In this document: positions 23,372 through 34,361 of the stretch, piece by piece
How positions within the stretch are numbered: position 1 is the first letter of the stretch
Layout of the letters: each line of letters starts with the position of its first letter
From: Reclinomonas americana ATCC 50394
Taxonomy: Eukaryota
Length of the DNA stretch: 34,361 bases
Reading direction: 5' to 3'
NCBI GenBank assembly: GCA_048213135.1
Contig: PS015204.1
Span: forward strand, 1-34,361
Translations under genes and position numbers: made by a program
Notes under the pieces: generated by a model
Seen by the model: only the letters and a program-made list of their open reading frames with translations
What the model was told of the DNA's origin: nothing
The model's database searches: none

Positions 23372-24058
23372 ACATCAGCAGCACCTGCTGCTCACTCTGT
23401 CGTGGGATGTCTATTTTTCCTTCCCCTTCCCTCCACGCTCTCATCTCAATCCAATGAACAGCATGGGAGCGTGTTGGTTTATGTGGCTTGTCGGAGGTCT
23501 TGACTCTTTTCTTGCGCTGTCTCTCTGTCTCTTTGCTATCCTCGATTGTGACGGTTTTTGCTGCTGCTGTGGTCTTCATTGTTCTCGTCTTCTCGTCTCT
23601 CTCTCGTAGCGTTCTCATTGTCGCAAGTCACCCATTTCGCAGAATACTAGTCAGGCATTGCGGACCTCCTCTGCATCTTCTCTTCTCTCCCTGCACTCTG
23701 TCGTCCCTTGTGTTTGAAAATAGCTGTGGTCTTCCTCGTTTTCTTCTTCTCGTCTCTCTCTCGCCAGGCTTTCGTCGTATGAGTTACTCAGAATACATGT
23801 GCTGCTGCTGAGTTCTCCGTCGCTCTTTATCTCTCTCTCTCTCTCTGTCTCTCTCTCTCTTTCACTCACTCGGGCAATTGTTCCAGATCCAATCAGAATA
23901 TCGTCTCTTTCTCTGCCTCTCATGTCGAGGTTAGTTGCTGCTGCTGCAGCCGTGCAGACTGCTTCTCTCTCTGCCTTGAGTATCTCTTCCTCATCCCATA
24001 TCACTCCCTCGGGAGAGTCGTGCTTGCTTTCGTTGTGACCGCGGACTTGAAGACACCT

Positions 24059-24190
24059 TCGTTCACTCCAATCCTCCTCCCAAGTCTCACTCACAGTCTT
24101 CTACCGCCCCTTGACTCCTCCTTTCCTGCCACTGTCTCTCAACTCTGCTCCCCTGCTTTACGTGTGTGCGTTGTGGAGCAGAGGAAACAT
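24059..24190 (+). repeat. ~130-bp element, inverted copy of ~26598-26716
   Basis: CTTGACTCCTCCTTTCCTGCCACTGTCTCTCAACTCT is the exact reverse complement of ~26635-26671, and the flanks also align. Confidence 0.9.
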
Positions 24191-24348
24191 AGTCTTTGTT
24201 TTCCCTCGTAGTTATCGTCTCTCCCTCTCTCGGGTCGCTCCCTCTCAGTATATCGCTGTTAGCCCCTCCCTTCGAAGCGATTGTTGTTGCTGTTGCCGCA
24301 CTGTGCCTCCCTCTTTAGGTCTCCCTCTTGCCGTCGACCTTCACTCTC

Positions 24349-24510
24349 TCTCCTTTTAGATCTCTCGTCTCAATCATCTTCTTTCTCCCTTTTCTCTCGC
24401 ACTGTAGTGTCCATCTACCCCCTTCTCTTTCTCCTTTTAGATCTCTCGTCTCAGTCATCTCCCTTCTCCCTTTTCTCTCGCACTGTAGTGTCCATCTTCG
24501 CCCTTCTCCC
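24349..24510. repeat. 81-bp tandem duplication
   Basis: TCTCCTTTTAGATCTCTCGTCTCA...CTCGCACTGTAGTGTCCATCT occurs twice. Confidence 0.9.
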
Positions 24511-24690
24511 TCATCCAAGTAACAAGGTATAGTTCGTCTTTTCATTGATCGATAACATTGTCGATCTCTTTTCTTCTTTTCTCTACAACAATAGTGACAA
24601 CAGGGGAGGGGGCGCAGAATGAGAGGGAGCAAGTGCTGCCTGCTGCCTCCGCATCTGCCTCCTCATTTTTTCCGTCATTTTGTACAGGAT

Positions 24691-25329
24691 TTAGGCCTCG
24701 ATGGCGTGGTAGAACTCGTGAATGTGGGCGTCGAACTCGTCCTTCTGCACCTTGCCATCGTGGTTCCTAGTAGGGAAAGGGCGGTGAGTTGCACACCTCA
24801 AGGAGGATGAGGAGGCGGAGGCAGACAAGACTCACGTGTCGAGCAGGTCGAACTCGGCCTGCAGCGTCTGCTGGTCAGCCTTCATGACCTTGGCCTTCTC
24901 CTCGTCCGAGGCGAGCTCCAGGCTGCGGCGCACCAGCGACGTCAACAGCGCACTGAGAAGACGGAAGAGGAGGAAGTCAGTGACGGACGGTGGTGTGCAG
25001 AGAGAGGAGCAGTACACGCTGGTCGCAACTTGCACTCCTCGCGGTCAATGTAGCCATTGCCGTCAGCATCGAAGGTCTGGAGTGCGAGTGAGCAAGAGTG
25101 AGAGGTGGAGAGATGAAGAAAAGGTCACGGAAAATACGCAACTCGCCACAGCTCGTCGACCTCCACCTGGGTGAGCTTGCGAGCGCCCGGGCGGTGCAGC
25201 ACGTGCCTGTGGGGAGAGAGAGAGAGAGGAGACGAGGGGGTGGTGAGCCAGTTGTCCTTCTTCCACGCACAACGACAACACACGAAACTTGGCCATGTTG
25301 GTGATAATCTCGGCGAGGGAGGCAGCCAT
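24691..25329 (-). CDS. Small calcium-binding protein with two EF-hands (~114 aa), 5 exons
   Basis: Exons 25289-25329, 25143-25206, 25030-25076, 24836-24952 and 24691-24766 join in frame. The loops are DADGNGYIDREE and DTNHDGKVQKDE. Confidence 0.9.
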
Positions 25330-25652
25330 GATGATAGATGTGTTTGAAAGTAGTGAGGGAGGGAGGTGGTCTTTGCGTTCAGAAGGCGAGAAAGATTGAG
25401 TGTCAAGCTGGCCGGCAGTCGCCTTTTATGCGCCCGGCCGCATGCCAATGTGACTTGGCCTCCTCATGAATCGATTTGTCGTTTTTGCGCACAGTCTCAG
25501 TGGCGACCACTGGAGGCACTGGTGCAGCTCCCATTGGCTGCTCGGTTCCACTGCGTGGTGCATTTTGCCAGCGAGAGTGTGTGTGTGGGAAGGGGTGTAT
25601 TATACCGCGATCTTGTACAAATTGGTTGCTGCGAACGGCAGTTTTTCATTTT

Positions 25653-26216
25653 TCAGTTTATTCCCCCATGATTGCGTTGCAATTGCGTGGCCGCCAGGAC
25701 TGATGTGCGCGGGTGGGTATGCATGCCGGTGTGAATGTGCGCAACCGCCCTTGCATCACTCCCTCACTGTTGCAAGGGGCGCGTGCCGGCCACCACGTCG
25801 GTGGATGCTGGATTTGGAGGAAATTGTCGACAATATTTTCGAACTCAACCGAGTGCTCCGTCGGCATGCGAAGCCTGGTTCGTTTCTGGCATGAAGGGAT
25901 CGGACCAGGAGAAGATGGTCCCACGGACCTGGAGACGAGTCGAAGTTCCAGAGGGAACGCACACCCTCGTGATGACGTTTTGGACTTGGTCTTGAAGACA
26001 GCTGTTGCTTGTTTGTTGGTGAATGAATTGTTGTTGTGGAACAAGAGAGTGCAGACACAACACGTGACAAGCATCGGATTGCGTTCACTTCAAGAGTGAT
26101 TACTCATCGTCGCCGCCTCCCATGTCTGGCATGCCGGAGAACGACAGGTTGAAGCCGGGCGAGTTGGTTGCCGTGGAGTGTTGGTCAACGCCACCGCTGT
26201 AGCTGGTGCTCTTGAC
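25653..26216 (-). CDS. 3' exons of an unknown spliced gene
   Basis: Exons 26104-26216, 25965-26001, 25906-25928, 25768-25874 and probably 25653-25699 give VKSTSYSGGVDQHSTATNSPGFNLSFSGMPDMGGGDDDCLQDQVQNVITRVRGTIFSWLRMPTEHSVEFENIVDNFLQIQHPPTWWPARAPCN. A possible upstream exon lies near 28765-28832. Confidence 0.55.
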
Positions 26217-26324
26217 CTGGGAGAGGGAAGGGAGGTAAGAAACGGGAGCATAGAGCGGGTCGTGAACGAGTTGTGTCTCCTCTTTGTTTCCACCAACAAG
26301 CAAGTGAAGGAGAGCAGGATGGAG

Positions 26325-26357
<33 letters not shown>

Positions 26358-26474
26358 AGAGAGAGACAGGGAGAGAAGTATAGAAGGACAATGACTGGAG
26401 TGAACGAATGCAGTGGTTTCGAGATCTAGAGCGACATGTCATTCCTTTGCTTCCACCAACACGCAAGTGAGGAA

Positions 26475-26881
26475 GACGTGAGCAGAGCAGAGAGTGAGAG
26501 GAAGGGGCAGGAAAGGAGATGAGAGAAGACTGTGGGCGAGAGACTTGGAGTTCAGAGTGAAACAAGACGGCAGCGGTTTTGTGAAGAGCTTGTCTTGTCT
26601 TTCCTCAGCTCCACCACACGTATAGGAGGGGAGTAGAGTTGAGAGACAGTGGCAGGAAAGGAGGAGTCAAGCGGTGATAGAAGACTGTGAATAAGACTTG
26701 GAGGATGAGTGAACGACGGCAGTAGTTTCGTGAACGGCATGTCTTTCCAGTGCAATGTCGAGCAGCGCAGGGCACAGAGAGAGAGAGGGACAGGAAAGGA
26801 GATGAGGGTTGAGAGTGAAAACGAGAAGGGGAATGACTTGCCTTTCCAATGTAATGGGGAGCAGAGCGGAGTAGAGTAGAG

Positions 26882-26934
<53 letters not shown>

Positions 26935-27220
26935 GACGACGACGAAGAAGAGAGAGAGACGACGGTACGGTACGGTAGGTAGGTAACGGTAAAACCGGTA
27001 AAAACTAAAACGTAAACGTACGTACCTTTACCCCTTTTTACCCCCTTTTCCCCNNNNNNNNNNNNNNNNNNNNNNNNNNNNNNNNNNNNNNNNNNNNNNN
27101 NNNNNNNNNNNNNNNNNNNNNNNNNNNNNNNNNNNNNNNNNNNNNNNNNNNNNNNNNNNNNNNNNNNNNNNNNNNNNNNNNNNNNNNNGTAGGAGGACGA
27201 GAGAGGAGGTAGAAGTAGAG

Positions 27221-27276
<56 letters not shown>

Positions 27277-27853
27277 AACCGTGCCAGTAAACGAGATGAG
27301 AGACTCGGAGGGTTCAGAGTGAAACAAGAAGGTGAACGACTTGCGTTTCCTGTGCTGTCACCGGCATAGAGCAGAGAGCAGCGTAGGATACAGAAAGAGA
27401 GAGAAGAGAGAGCGGGACAGGAAAGGAGTCAAGAGATGACTTGGAGGAGAGTGAAACGAGAGGGCACTGGTTTCGGGATATGACTTGACTTTCGTTCGCT
27501 TAAGCTTCACGAACAGCGAGCAGAGCAGTGCAGGGCACAGAGAAAGAGCGAGAGTGAGAGAGTGAGAGTGTGAGAGAAGAGAAGAGAGAGAGAGGAACAG
27601 ACGACACTGGCAAAGACATGGAGGGTTGAGAGTGATACAAGAAGGTGAACGACTTGTGCTTCCTTTGCTTTCACCTTCACAGAGCACAGCAGTGCAGGGT
27701 ACAGAGAGAGAGAGGAGGGCGGGACAGGAAAGGAGTCAAGTGATGATTCGGAGGGATACGAGAGGGCGCTGGTTTCGGGATGTGACTTGACTTTCGTTCG
27801 CTTCACCAGCAGTGGGCAGAGCAGTGCAGGGCACAGAGTGAGAGTGAAAGTGA

Positions 27854-27893
<40 letters not shown>

Positions 27894-28559
27894 AAGAGAG
27901 AGAAGACGAGAGACGAACGAACGACGGAGGTAGGTAGAGTAGTAACGAAGTAGTACGTACGACGTAACGTTCGTTTCGTTTCGTCGTCGTCGACCGACGA
28001 CGANNNNNNNNNNNNNNNNNNNNNNNNNNNNNNNNNNNNNNNNNNNNNNNNNNNNNNNNNNNNNNNNNNNNNNNNNNNNNNNNNNNNNNNNNNNNNNNNN
28101 NNNNNNNNNNNNNNNNNNNNNNNNNNNNNNNNNNNNNNNNNNNNNNNNNNNNNNNNNNNNNNNNNNNNNNNNNNNNNNNNNNNNNNNNNNNNNNNNNNNN
28201 NNNNNNNNNNNNNNNNNNNNNNNNNNNNNNNNNNNNNNNNNNNNNNNNNNNNNNNNNNNNNNNNNNNNNNNNNNNNNNNNNNNNNNNNNNNNNNNNNNNN
28301 NNNNNNNNNNNNNNNNNNNNNNNNNNNNNNNNNNNNNNNNNNNNNNNNNNNNNNNNNNNNNNNNNNNNNNNNNNNNNNNNNNNNNNNNNNNNNNNNNNNN
28401 NNNNNNNNNNNNNNNNNNNNNNNNNNNNNNNNNNNNNNNNNNNNNNNNNNNNNNNNNNNNNNNTTAGTTGTTTGTTGGTTCGTTGTTTGTTTGTTTGTTT
28501 GTTGTTGTCGTGTGGTCGGTCGTCGTCGTCGACGTACGGTACGACGAGAGAGAGAGACG

Positions 28560-28590
<31 letters not shown>

Positions 28591-28690
28591 GAGGGACAGG
28601 GGGGCATGAAAGGAGATGAGAAAAGACTGAGAGTGAAACGAGAAGGCGCTGGTTTCGGGTTATGACAACACAGAGCGCGCAGGGTGCAGC
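26475..28690. repeat. Degenerate purine-rich satellite of ~100-150-bp units, interrupted by gaps
   Basis: Recurrent blocks GCAGTGCAGGGCACAGAG, GGGACAGGAAAGGAG, GAGAGTGAAAC(G/A)AGA and CTGGTTTCGGGA(T/TG)TGACTTGACTTTCGTTCGCTT. Confidence 0.8.
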
Positions 28691-29032
28691 GAGAGAGAGA
28701 GAGAGAAGAAAAAAACAAAGAGTGGGCCACCACGCACACACACCTGATCATTAGTGCCCAACACAGTGGTGTCTGTGGACGCGTGCGACGATCCCTTCTC
28801 AATGCTTGTGGTGGTGCCCATGATGTCGAGTCCTTGTTCTCTCTCTCACACAACGACAACAAAGAAACAAATGAGGAGCACTGCGAGAAGAAAAGTGAGT
28901 GTTCAGAAATGTGAACATGCAGTCAAAATGCGAGAAGTTGCACGCGAGCCCGTTGCATACTGCGAGACATTCTCTCGCTCCGCTGCTTACAAACAGTAAC
29001 TGCATGCACGACGAACAACCACCACCAGTTGC

Positions 29033-29902
29033 ATGCATATGCCTGATATCGATATTGCAATTGATCATGAAAATCGAGAATGCATTCAACCCTTTTTGAT
29101 GGCGCACACACTGTAAAACCAATTCATCCACCACATCTACGCGCTCAACAGTTGCGTGGATGATCAAGAGATCACGTTTCGACGATATTGTGAAGTCGAC
29201 GTCGACGTCGTTCGTACTGTAGATCTCGGAGCTCGAGCCTCTCTGATTTTTCGATTCATGTTGGAGATGTGCGACTCGGGCGATCGCGCGGTCGAGGAGT
29301 GGGCAACGTTTCTTGGGCTGGATCTTGACGTCGGCCTCATTCCTCGGCTGTCGGCGTCGTCCATGGGCAGCGACATCGATGGACTCGCGGTCGCCTTTGC
29401 GAGAGTCGGGTCCGTCGCCGATGTCAAGGAGATGCCCATCCACGATGCCAGAGCAGCGCTTCTATCCCTGGGACTCAACGAGGGTGCGTCGGTGTCATTC
29501 TCTTCTTGCGATGCAGTAGTTGTTGATGTGCGTGCATTGCTGGCAGAGGAGATTTCGACTGTACAACAGGAACTGCAGCGCGTTTTCGTGAGACACATTC
29601 TCTCTCCGCTGAGGGGAACCATTGTTGATCGCATCTGCATCTTCTCGCCGACATCAGCTGTCGCGCGACAACGCCGTACACAAGAAATTGAGAAGCTCCG
29701 AGTGGACTCTGCAACCCCTCCTGCAGTCCTCGCGTCGCTCGAGCGGCGGCATGCCATGGTGCGTGTGTCTCCGTTTCTCACGGGCCCCGGAATTATTACA
29801 TTCGACAACATATCGATCTCACTCCGGTTTTTACGCATGCAGCTTTCTGAGTTGTCGTTTGAGGCCTGGCTCAGCCTCGCAAGTGGCGCAGACGAGAAGT
29901 GA
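29033..29902 (+). pseudogene. Intronless ORF of unknown function with one in-frame TAA
   Basis: The 248-aa ORF extends upstream in frame through TAA 29114-29116 to ATGs at 29033 and 29039 (MHMPDIDIAIDHENRECIQPFLMAHTL*NQFIHHIYALNSCVDDQ...). Confidence 0.4.
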
Positions 29903-30169
29903 GGGAACCAGCCCCACCAGCAGCAAGGACACGCGCCGACAGCTGTGCTAATCCAAACAGGAATGCACTTTGTGGATCCGAACATGTACATTTGTCGCGT
30001 TTTCATTGCACATGAGGCGTTTTGTGTGTTTCGGAGCTCGAGCGCGCTGCGGCCGAACGCACCAAACCAGTGATTGCCTCCACAACCCACAACAGAACCA
30101 CGAACACGACGCAGCTATGTGATCCGACTCAGCCAATCAATCAACCAACCATACATTGTATCGTCCACC

Positions 30170-32686
30170 ATGCGCGCACCTCTCCTGCTGATTGCCACTC
30201 TCCTCGCCGTCCTCGTCGTCGCGGTGCACGCGCAGTCGCTCACCGAGGCACTGGACATGCACGAGCAGGAGGCACCAGTGGCACCAGTGCCAGCGCCAGC
30301 AGAACAGAAGGAGGAGACGAGTGGCGAGGTGGTCACTGTCAAGTACAACGACAACGTGAACCCGCGCACGGGCGAGTGGTCGACGGAGGTGCCGTTGTTG
30401 GGATGGACGTCGTTCAAGCAAGTTGCGGAGAGGAGGAGAGGGAGGGAAGAGGGAGAGGAGGGAGGAGGAAAAGGGGAAGAGAAGGGGAAGAGAAGGGGAA
30501 GAGAAGGGGAAGAGAAGGGGAAGAGAAGGGGAAGAAGAAAGGGAAGACTGTGAGTGAGTGAGTGACTGGCGAGAGAGAGAGAGAGAGAGCGTACGTATGT
30601 GTGTGTGTGTGTGTGTTAGTGTGAGACAAGAGTTGTGCATCCACAAGTGCTGAGAGACAGTGTGTATGCTTGTGTTGCACCTCTTTTTGTTGCTCTTCTT
30701 CTCCTCCTCCTCCTTCTCTCTGTGCACACGCGCAAGATGCTGTGTGAGTGTGCGAGAAGTATTTGTTTTGTTGTCTGACTTTTTTTGTGTGTTTTTTTGC
30801 AGTGTGGTGGCTCTTGGGGCAGCAACACGCTTGGTGGCAGTGCGTGTGGAAGCACGATTTGTGCCAAGGGATGTGCCATGACGTTGCGTGCATGAGAGAG
30901 AGAGAGAGTGTGGTGTGATGGATTTCTTCTCGCACTCAGTTCCCACACTTTGCATTCACGGCACTCTCATGTGCTGTCTCTCGCAGTCTCTCAGACAGTC
31001 TCTCTCACACACTCTCTCACTCTTTCTCACCCACTCTCTCTCACTTTCCCTCCCATGTTTCCGGGTCTCTATGTCCCACCTTTTTTTCCTCCCTCTCTCT
31101 CTCTTTGTCAATTCTCTCATGTAGTTCTGTTGCCAGTGTCTGTTGCATGTCCCTCCTGCTTCTCCTTTGCACCTCTGTCCCCTGTGCCATCTGTCTTTGT
31201 TCTTCTTTCTTGTTCCTTCTGCCTTTCTCTGTTCCCGTCTTGCTACCATCCCTCGTGCTGTCCCCCCTCGCTCACACCCTTGCATTTCTCCTTCCCTTGT
31301 CGCAGCTCGGTGGCCATGATTGTTGCGTTTTCCGTCCCCGGCTCCTCCTCTTTTCATATCGCGCTCACCGTATCCGCACGCAGGTGGCCAGCCGCGGTGG
31401 CAACTACAACCCGGGCACGCTCAACGACTATCTGACCAAGAACGGCGGGTGAGTGCACACGGTCCTCGCTGCTGTCGTGTTTGTCGTGATTCTCATGCGA
31501 TGATGAACACAGCTACTCGGGCTGCGCGATTGTCTGGTAAGTCTCTCGCTCTCCTGCGTGTCCTTCTATCGCTCTCCTGCGTGTCGCACTGTCGCTCTCC
31601 TTGCGTGTCGCTCTGTCGCTCTCCTTGCGTGTCGCTCTGTCGCTCTCCTGCGTGTCGCTGTCGCTCTATCGCTCTCCTGCGTGTCGCTGTCGCTCTGTCG
31701 CTCTCCTGCGTGTCGCTGCCGCTCTCCTGCGTGTCGCTGCCGCTCTCCCGCGTGTCGCTGCCGCTCTCCTGCGTGTCGCTGCCGCTCTCCTGCGTGTCGC
31801 TGCCGCTCTCCTGCGTGTCGCTGCCAATCTCCTGCGTGTCGCTGTCGCTCCCTTGCGTGTCGCTGTCGCTCCCTTGCGTGTCGCTGTCGCTCCCTTGCGT
31901 GTCGCGCTGTCGCTCTCCGTGCGTGTCGCTCTGGCGCTCTCCTGCGTGTCACTGCCGCTCTCCGGCCTCTGACTCTCCTGCGTGTCGCTCTCCCGCTCCA
32001 TTCCCCGTCACTCGCCTCACCCGCTTCTCACCGTTCGTCTTATTCTCGCAGGAGCAAGGCACGTGCTCGCAACCGACGGCAAGCCATCCCACTCCTCTGC
32101 TGATCTCGTGCATTGCATTCGCAGGTTGACGCCCTCGGCAAGACCCACTACCAGGGCCAGAAGATGCTGAGCAACTCGGATCTGTGGTGCGTGTGTGCTG
32201 AGCGAAGTCGTGCTGCTGTTGTTTCCTTGCGACTTATCTTTGCCTGCAGCTCATACGTGGCCTCGGGCAAGGGAGTGCGTTCTATTGTTGTTTCTCTCGC
32301 ACTGCCTCTGCATTGACTCACATTCGCCCTGCACAACCCAGGTGATTCTGAATGTCCGCAATGGTACGCCCCCTCACTCTCTCCCTCCGCTCGTTGATAC
32401 TCATTTTGTTCTCACCCTTTGTCATTCTGCATGCAGGCGGCCACTGGGTTCGTCACCCTCTTTTCCCACGCTCTGCCTCCTCCAACCGCTCATCCAACTT
32501 TCATTCACAGGTGCTGGCCACTGGATGCCCGAGCAGCGGCGTCATTGCCGTCAACGGTGCGTTCCTCTGATCGCCATCCGAACATGCTTCCCTCACCTCA
32601 CCTCACCCTTCCCCGCCACAGATCCCGGCTTCTCGCAGTCGACGTACAAGTACTCGGAGGTCAGCCGCATGGCCATCTACTCTTGA
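30170..32686 (+). CDS. Secreted C39-like cysteine peptidase, paralog B, 12 exons
   Basis: Exons 30170-30421, 30803-30882, 31306-31321, 31384-31448, 31513-31536, 32052-32058, 32125-32186, 32250-32274, 32342-32363, 32437-32447, 32511-32556 and 32622-32686 join in frame. The product has a signal peptide, SFKQCGGSW, TICAKGCAMTSVAM, NPGTLNDYLTKNGGY, GGHWVL and VNDP. Confidence 0.9.
31545..31995. repeat. ~21-bp intronic minisatellite
   Basis: Unit CTCTCCTGCGTGTCGCTG(C/T)CG repeated within intron 5 of peptidase B. Confidence 0.9.
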
Positions 32687-32865
32687 AAGGCCACGCACGC
32701 TGGCATTGTTTGTATTCTTTCTTTTCAGTTCTCTCCTGTGGCGACAAAATGCACAGTGAAAACGCCCTGTTGTGAAGCATACACGTTCTTGCATTGGCCG
32801 TCTCATGCGACGCCGATATATGGCGCAAAAAACAAAAAAATCTAAGCGACCCGCCATGCTGTCAT

Positions 32866-33796
32866 TTACAGCTTCAAGTCGATCAGATCCTTCTTGGTGA
32901 CGACACCGACCAGGCGCGCGTGCTTGGCGGTGATGAACACGCGGTTCACGTTCAGCATGGAGAACACAAAGTAGACCTGCGTTGATGTGAAGGGAGAGAC
33001 AGGGAAGGGATTAAGAGGCAAGGGGTGAGCGACAGCGCGAGATGGGCAAGGGGTGAGCGGTAAAGGGAGAAGGGTGGCAGAGGCCAGGGGCGACGCCGCG
33101 AGAGAAGGGTGACAAAGGAAGGATTGAGCGACGCCGCGAGAGAGGGAGAGAGAGGCAAGGATTGAGGAATGCAGAAGGAGAGGCAAGGATGACCAAGGGA
33201 GTGAGAGGCAAGGGGTGTGCGACCGCCGCGAGGGAGGCATGGATTGAGCAACACAGCGAGAAAAGGAATTGACAGACAAGGGAGAGTGACACCGCGAGAG
33301 AGAAGGGAATGAGAGGCATGGATTGGGTGACACCCTCAATCGAAGAGTGACCGAAGCAAGGAGTGGGCGACAATGCGAGAGAAGAGATTGCGAGTCAAGG
33401 ATTGAGTGACGGGAGAGAGGAGCATGACCGCTCACCTGCGAAATCGGTGCCAGCTCATTCATCAAGAAGGGCGAGGGCGTCAGCGGAACGCGCAGCACTC
33501 TGCGCAGCGCTTAATGTCAGAATCAATAGGGAGAAAAGGATCGTCTCCTTTTGTGCGCACCCTTCGCCAGCCTGTCTCTCCAGGTTCGATGCGTCCGAGT
33601 AAATCGACGCGGCAATCTCCACGTTCTCGGCTCCTTCCGGCGGCGGTGCGCCAACAATAGCGAGAGAATCCATCCTGTGCGTTGTGTATTCGTGAGTTGA
33701 AGTCAGCTTGGTTGACTACCACTGTCCATCGGCACGCAACGAAGTCCCGTGCGAGAGCGACGTTGGCAATATCGGCTCACCGGTGCGCTCGTCGGT
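32866..33796 (-). CDS. 3' end of a CBS-domain protein, most likely a CLC chloride channel/antiporter
   Basis: Exons ~33720-33796, 33561-33675, 33436-33499 and 32866-32976 give VPLTPSPFLMNELAPISQ/VYFVFSMLNVNRVFITAKHARLVGVVTKKDLIDLKL*, typical of the second CBS domain of CLC proteins. The gene continues upstream. Confidence 0.75.
33005..33425. repeat. Degenerate intronic minisatellite
   Basis: Recurrent GCGAC(G/C)CCGCGAGAGA and AGGCA(A/T)GGATTG motifs. Confidence 0.7.
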
Positions 33797-34248
33797 CTGC
33801 ATCGAAATGAGGTCGTCAGTGTCGATTCAGTCACTCAGCAACATGTGCCTTTGTCTCACAGTCGCTCTCTCCGTCAATTCGCAGAGCTCACTCGCAAACC
33901 GCAAACATTGCGAACACTCAAGCTTTCTCTCACTCTCTCAAGCATTGCACATCGCTGCTTCAGCATGCTAATCGCTTGCACGTCAACCGATGCACATACT
34001 CACAAGTCAACACACAGACCTGCTGTTGCTCTTCTCTCTCCCCTAACTTTCTCTTCACATGTCTTGTTTCTTTCTTGTTGCTTCTCCCCCATTTCTCTTG
34101 CACACCCCATGCGCTGACACACGTCCCCCCATCGCTTTAGCACATACACGACGAAACCCTCAGATCCCTCCACTCTGCTTTGTTTAAGCAACTACCTCCC
34201 GCACACGTGCCTCACTTCCTCAACATCCACCATCATTAAGCACATGGT

Positions 34249-34361
<113 letters not shown>

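Noticed and set aside
23860-24050. Possible minus-strand exon (VIWDEEEILKAEREAV)
   Set aside because: No convincing splice partners or recognisable motif.
26933-27053. GACGAC/GTAC/GGTA-rich odd sequence next to gaps (also 27905-28003, 28464-28560, 1162-1177)
   Set aside because: The pattern matches out-of-phase pyrosequencing noise after long dinucleotide runs at contig ends, so it is not treated as biological.
29114-29116. Stop-codon reassignment to explain the in-frame TAA
   Set aside because: The peptidase A, EF-hand and CLC genes terminate at TAA, consistent with the standard code.

Overview
Eukaryotic genomic DNA from a GC-rich, very intron-rich genome (probably a protist; the organism cannot be named from this window). 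It is a draft assembly with N gaps and pyrosequencing-style noise at gap edges. Host genes reconstructed by hand from GT/GC-AG boundaries: a FERM-domain gene (-), an aspartyl/asparaginyl beta-hydroxylase-like gene lacking both iron-binding His residues (+), two secreted 12-exon C39-like cysteine peptidase paralogs (+), a two-EF-hand protein (-), an unknown spliced gene (-), an intronless ORF with one internal stop (+), and the 3' end of a CLC-type CBS-domain gene (-). About 12 kb between the divergent FERM and hydroxylase-like genes is mobile DNA. It comprises a 5'-truncated RLE-type non-LTR retrotransposon that starts exactly where a ~300-bp tandem array breaks off, and an intron-containing CMC/Plavaka-like DDE transposon with an accessory ORF. 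The most unusual signals are a frequent one-base-shifted 5' splice-site class (/GTTGCG), conserved 7-nt microexons with reciprocal intron gain or loss between the paralogs, and the apparent pseudo-enzyme. All protein family calls rest on motifs recognised by eye, not on database searches.
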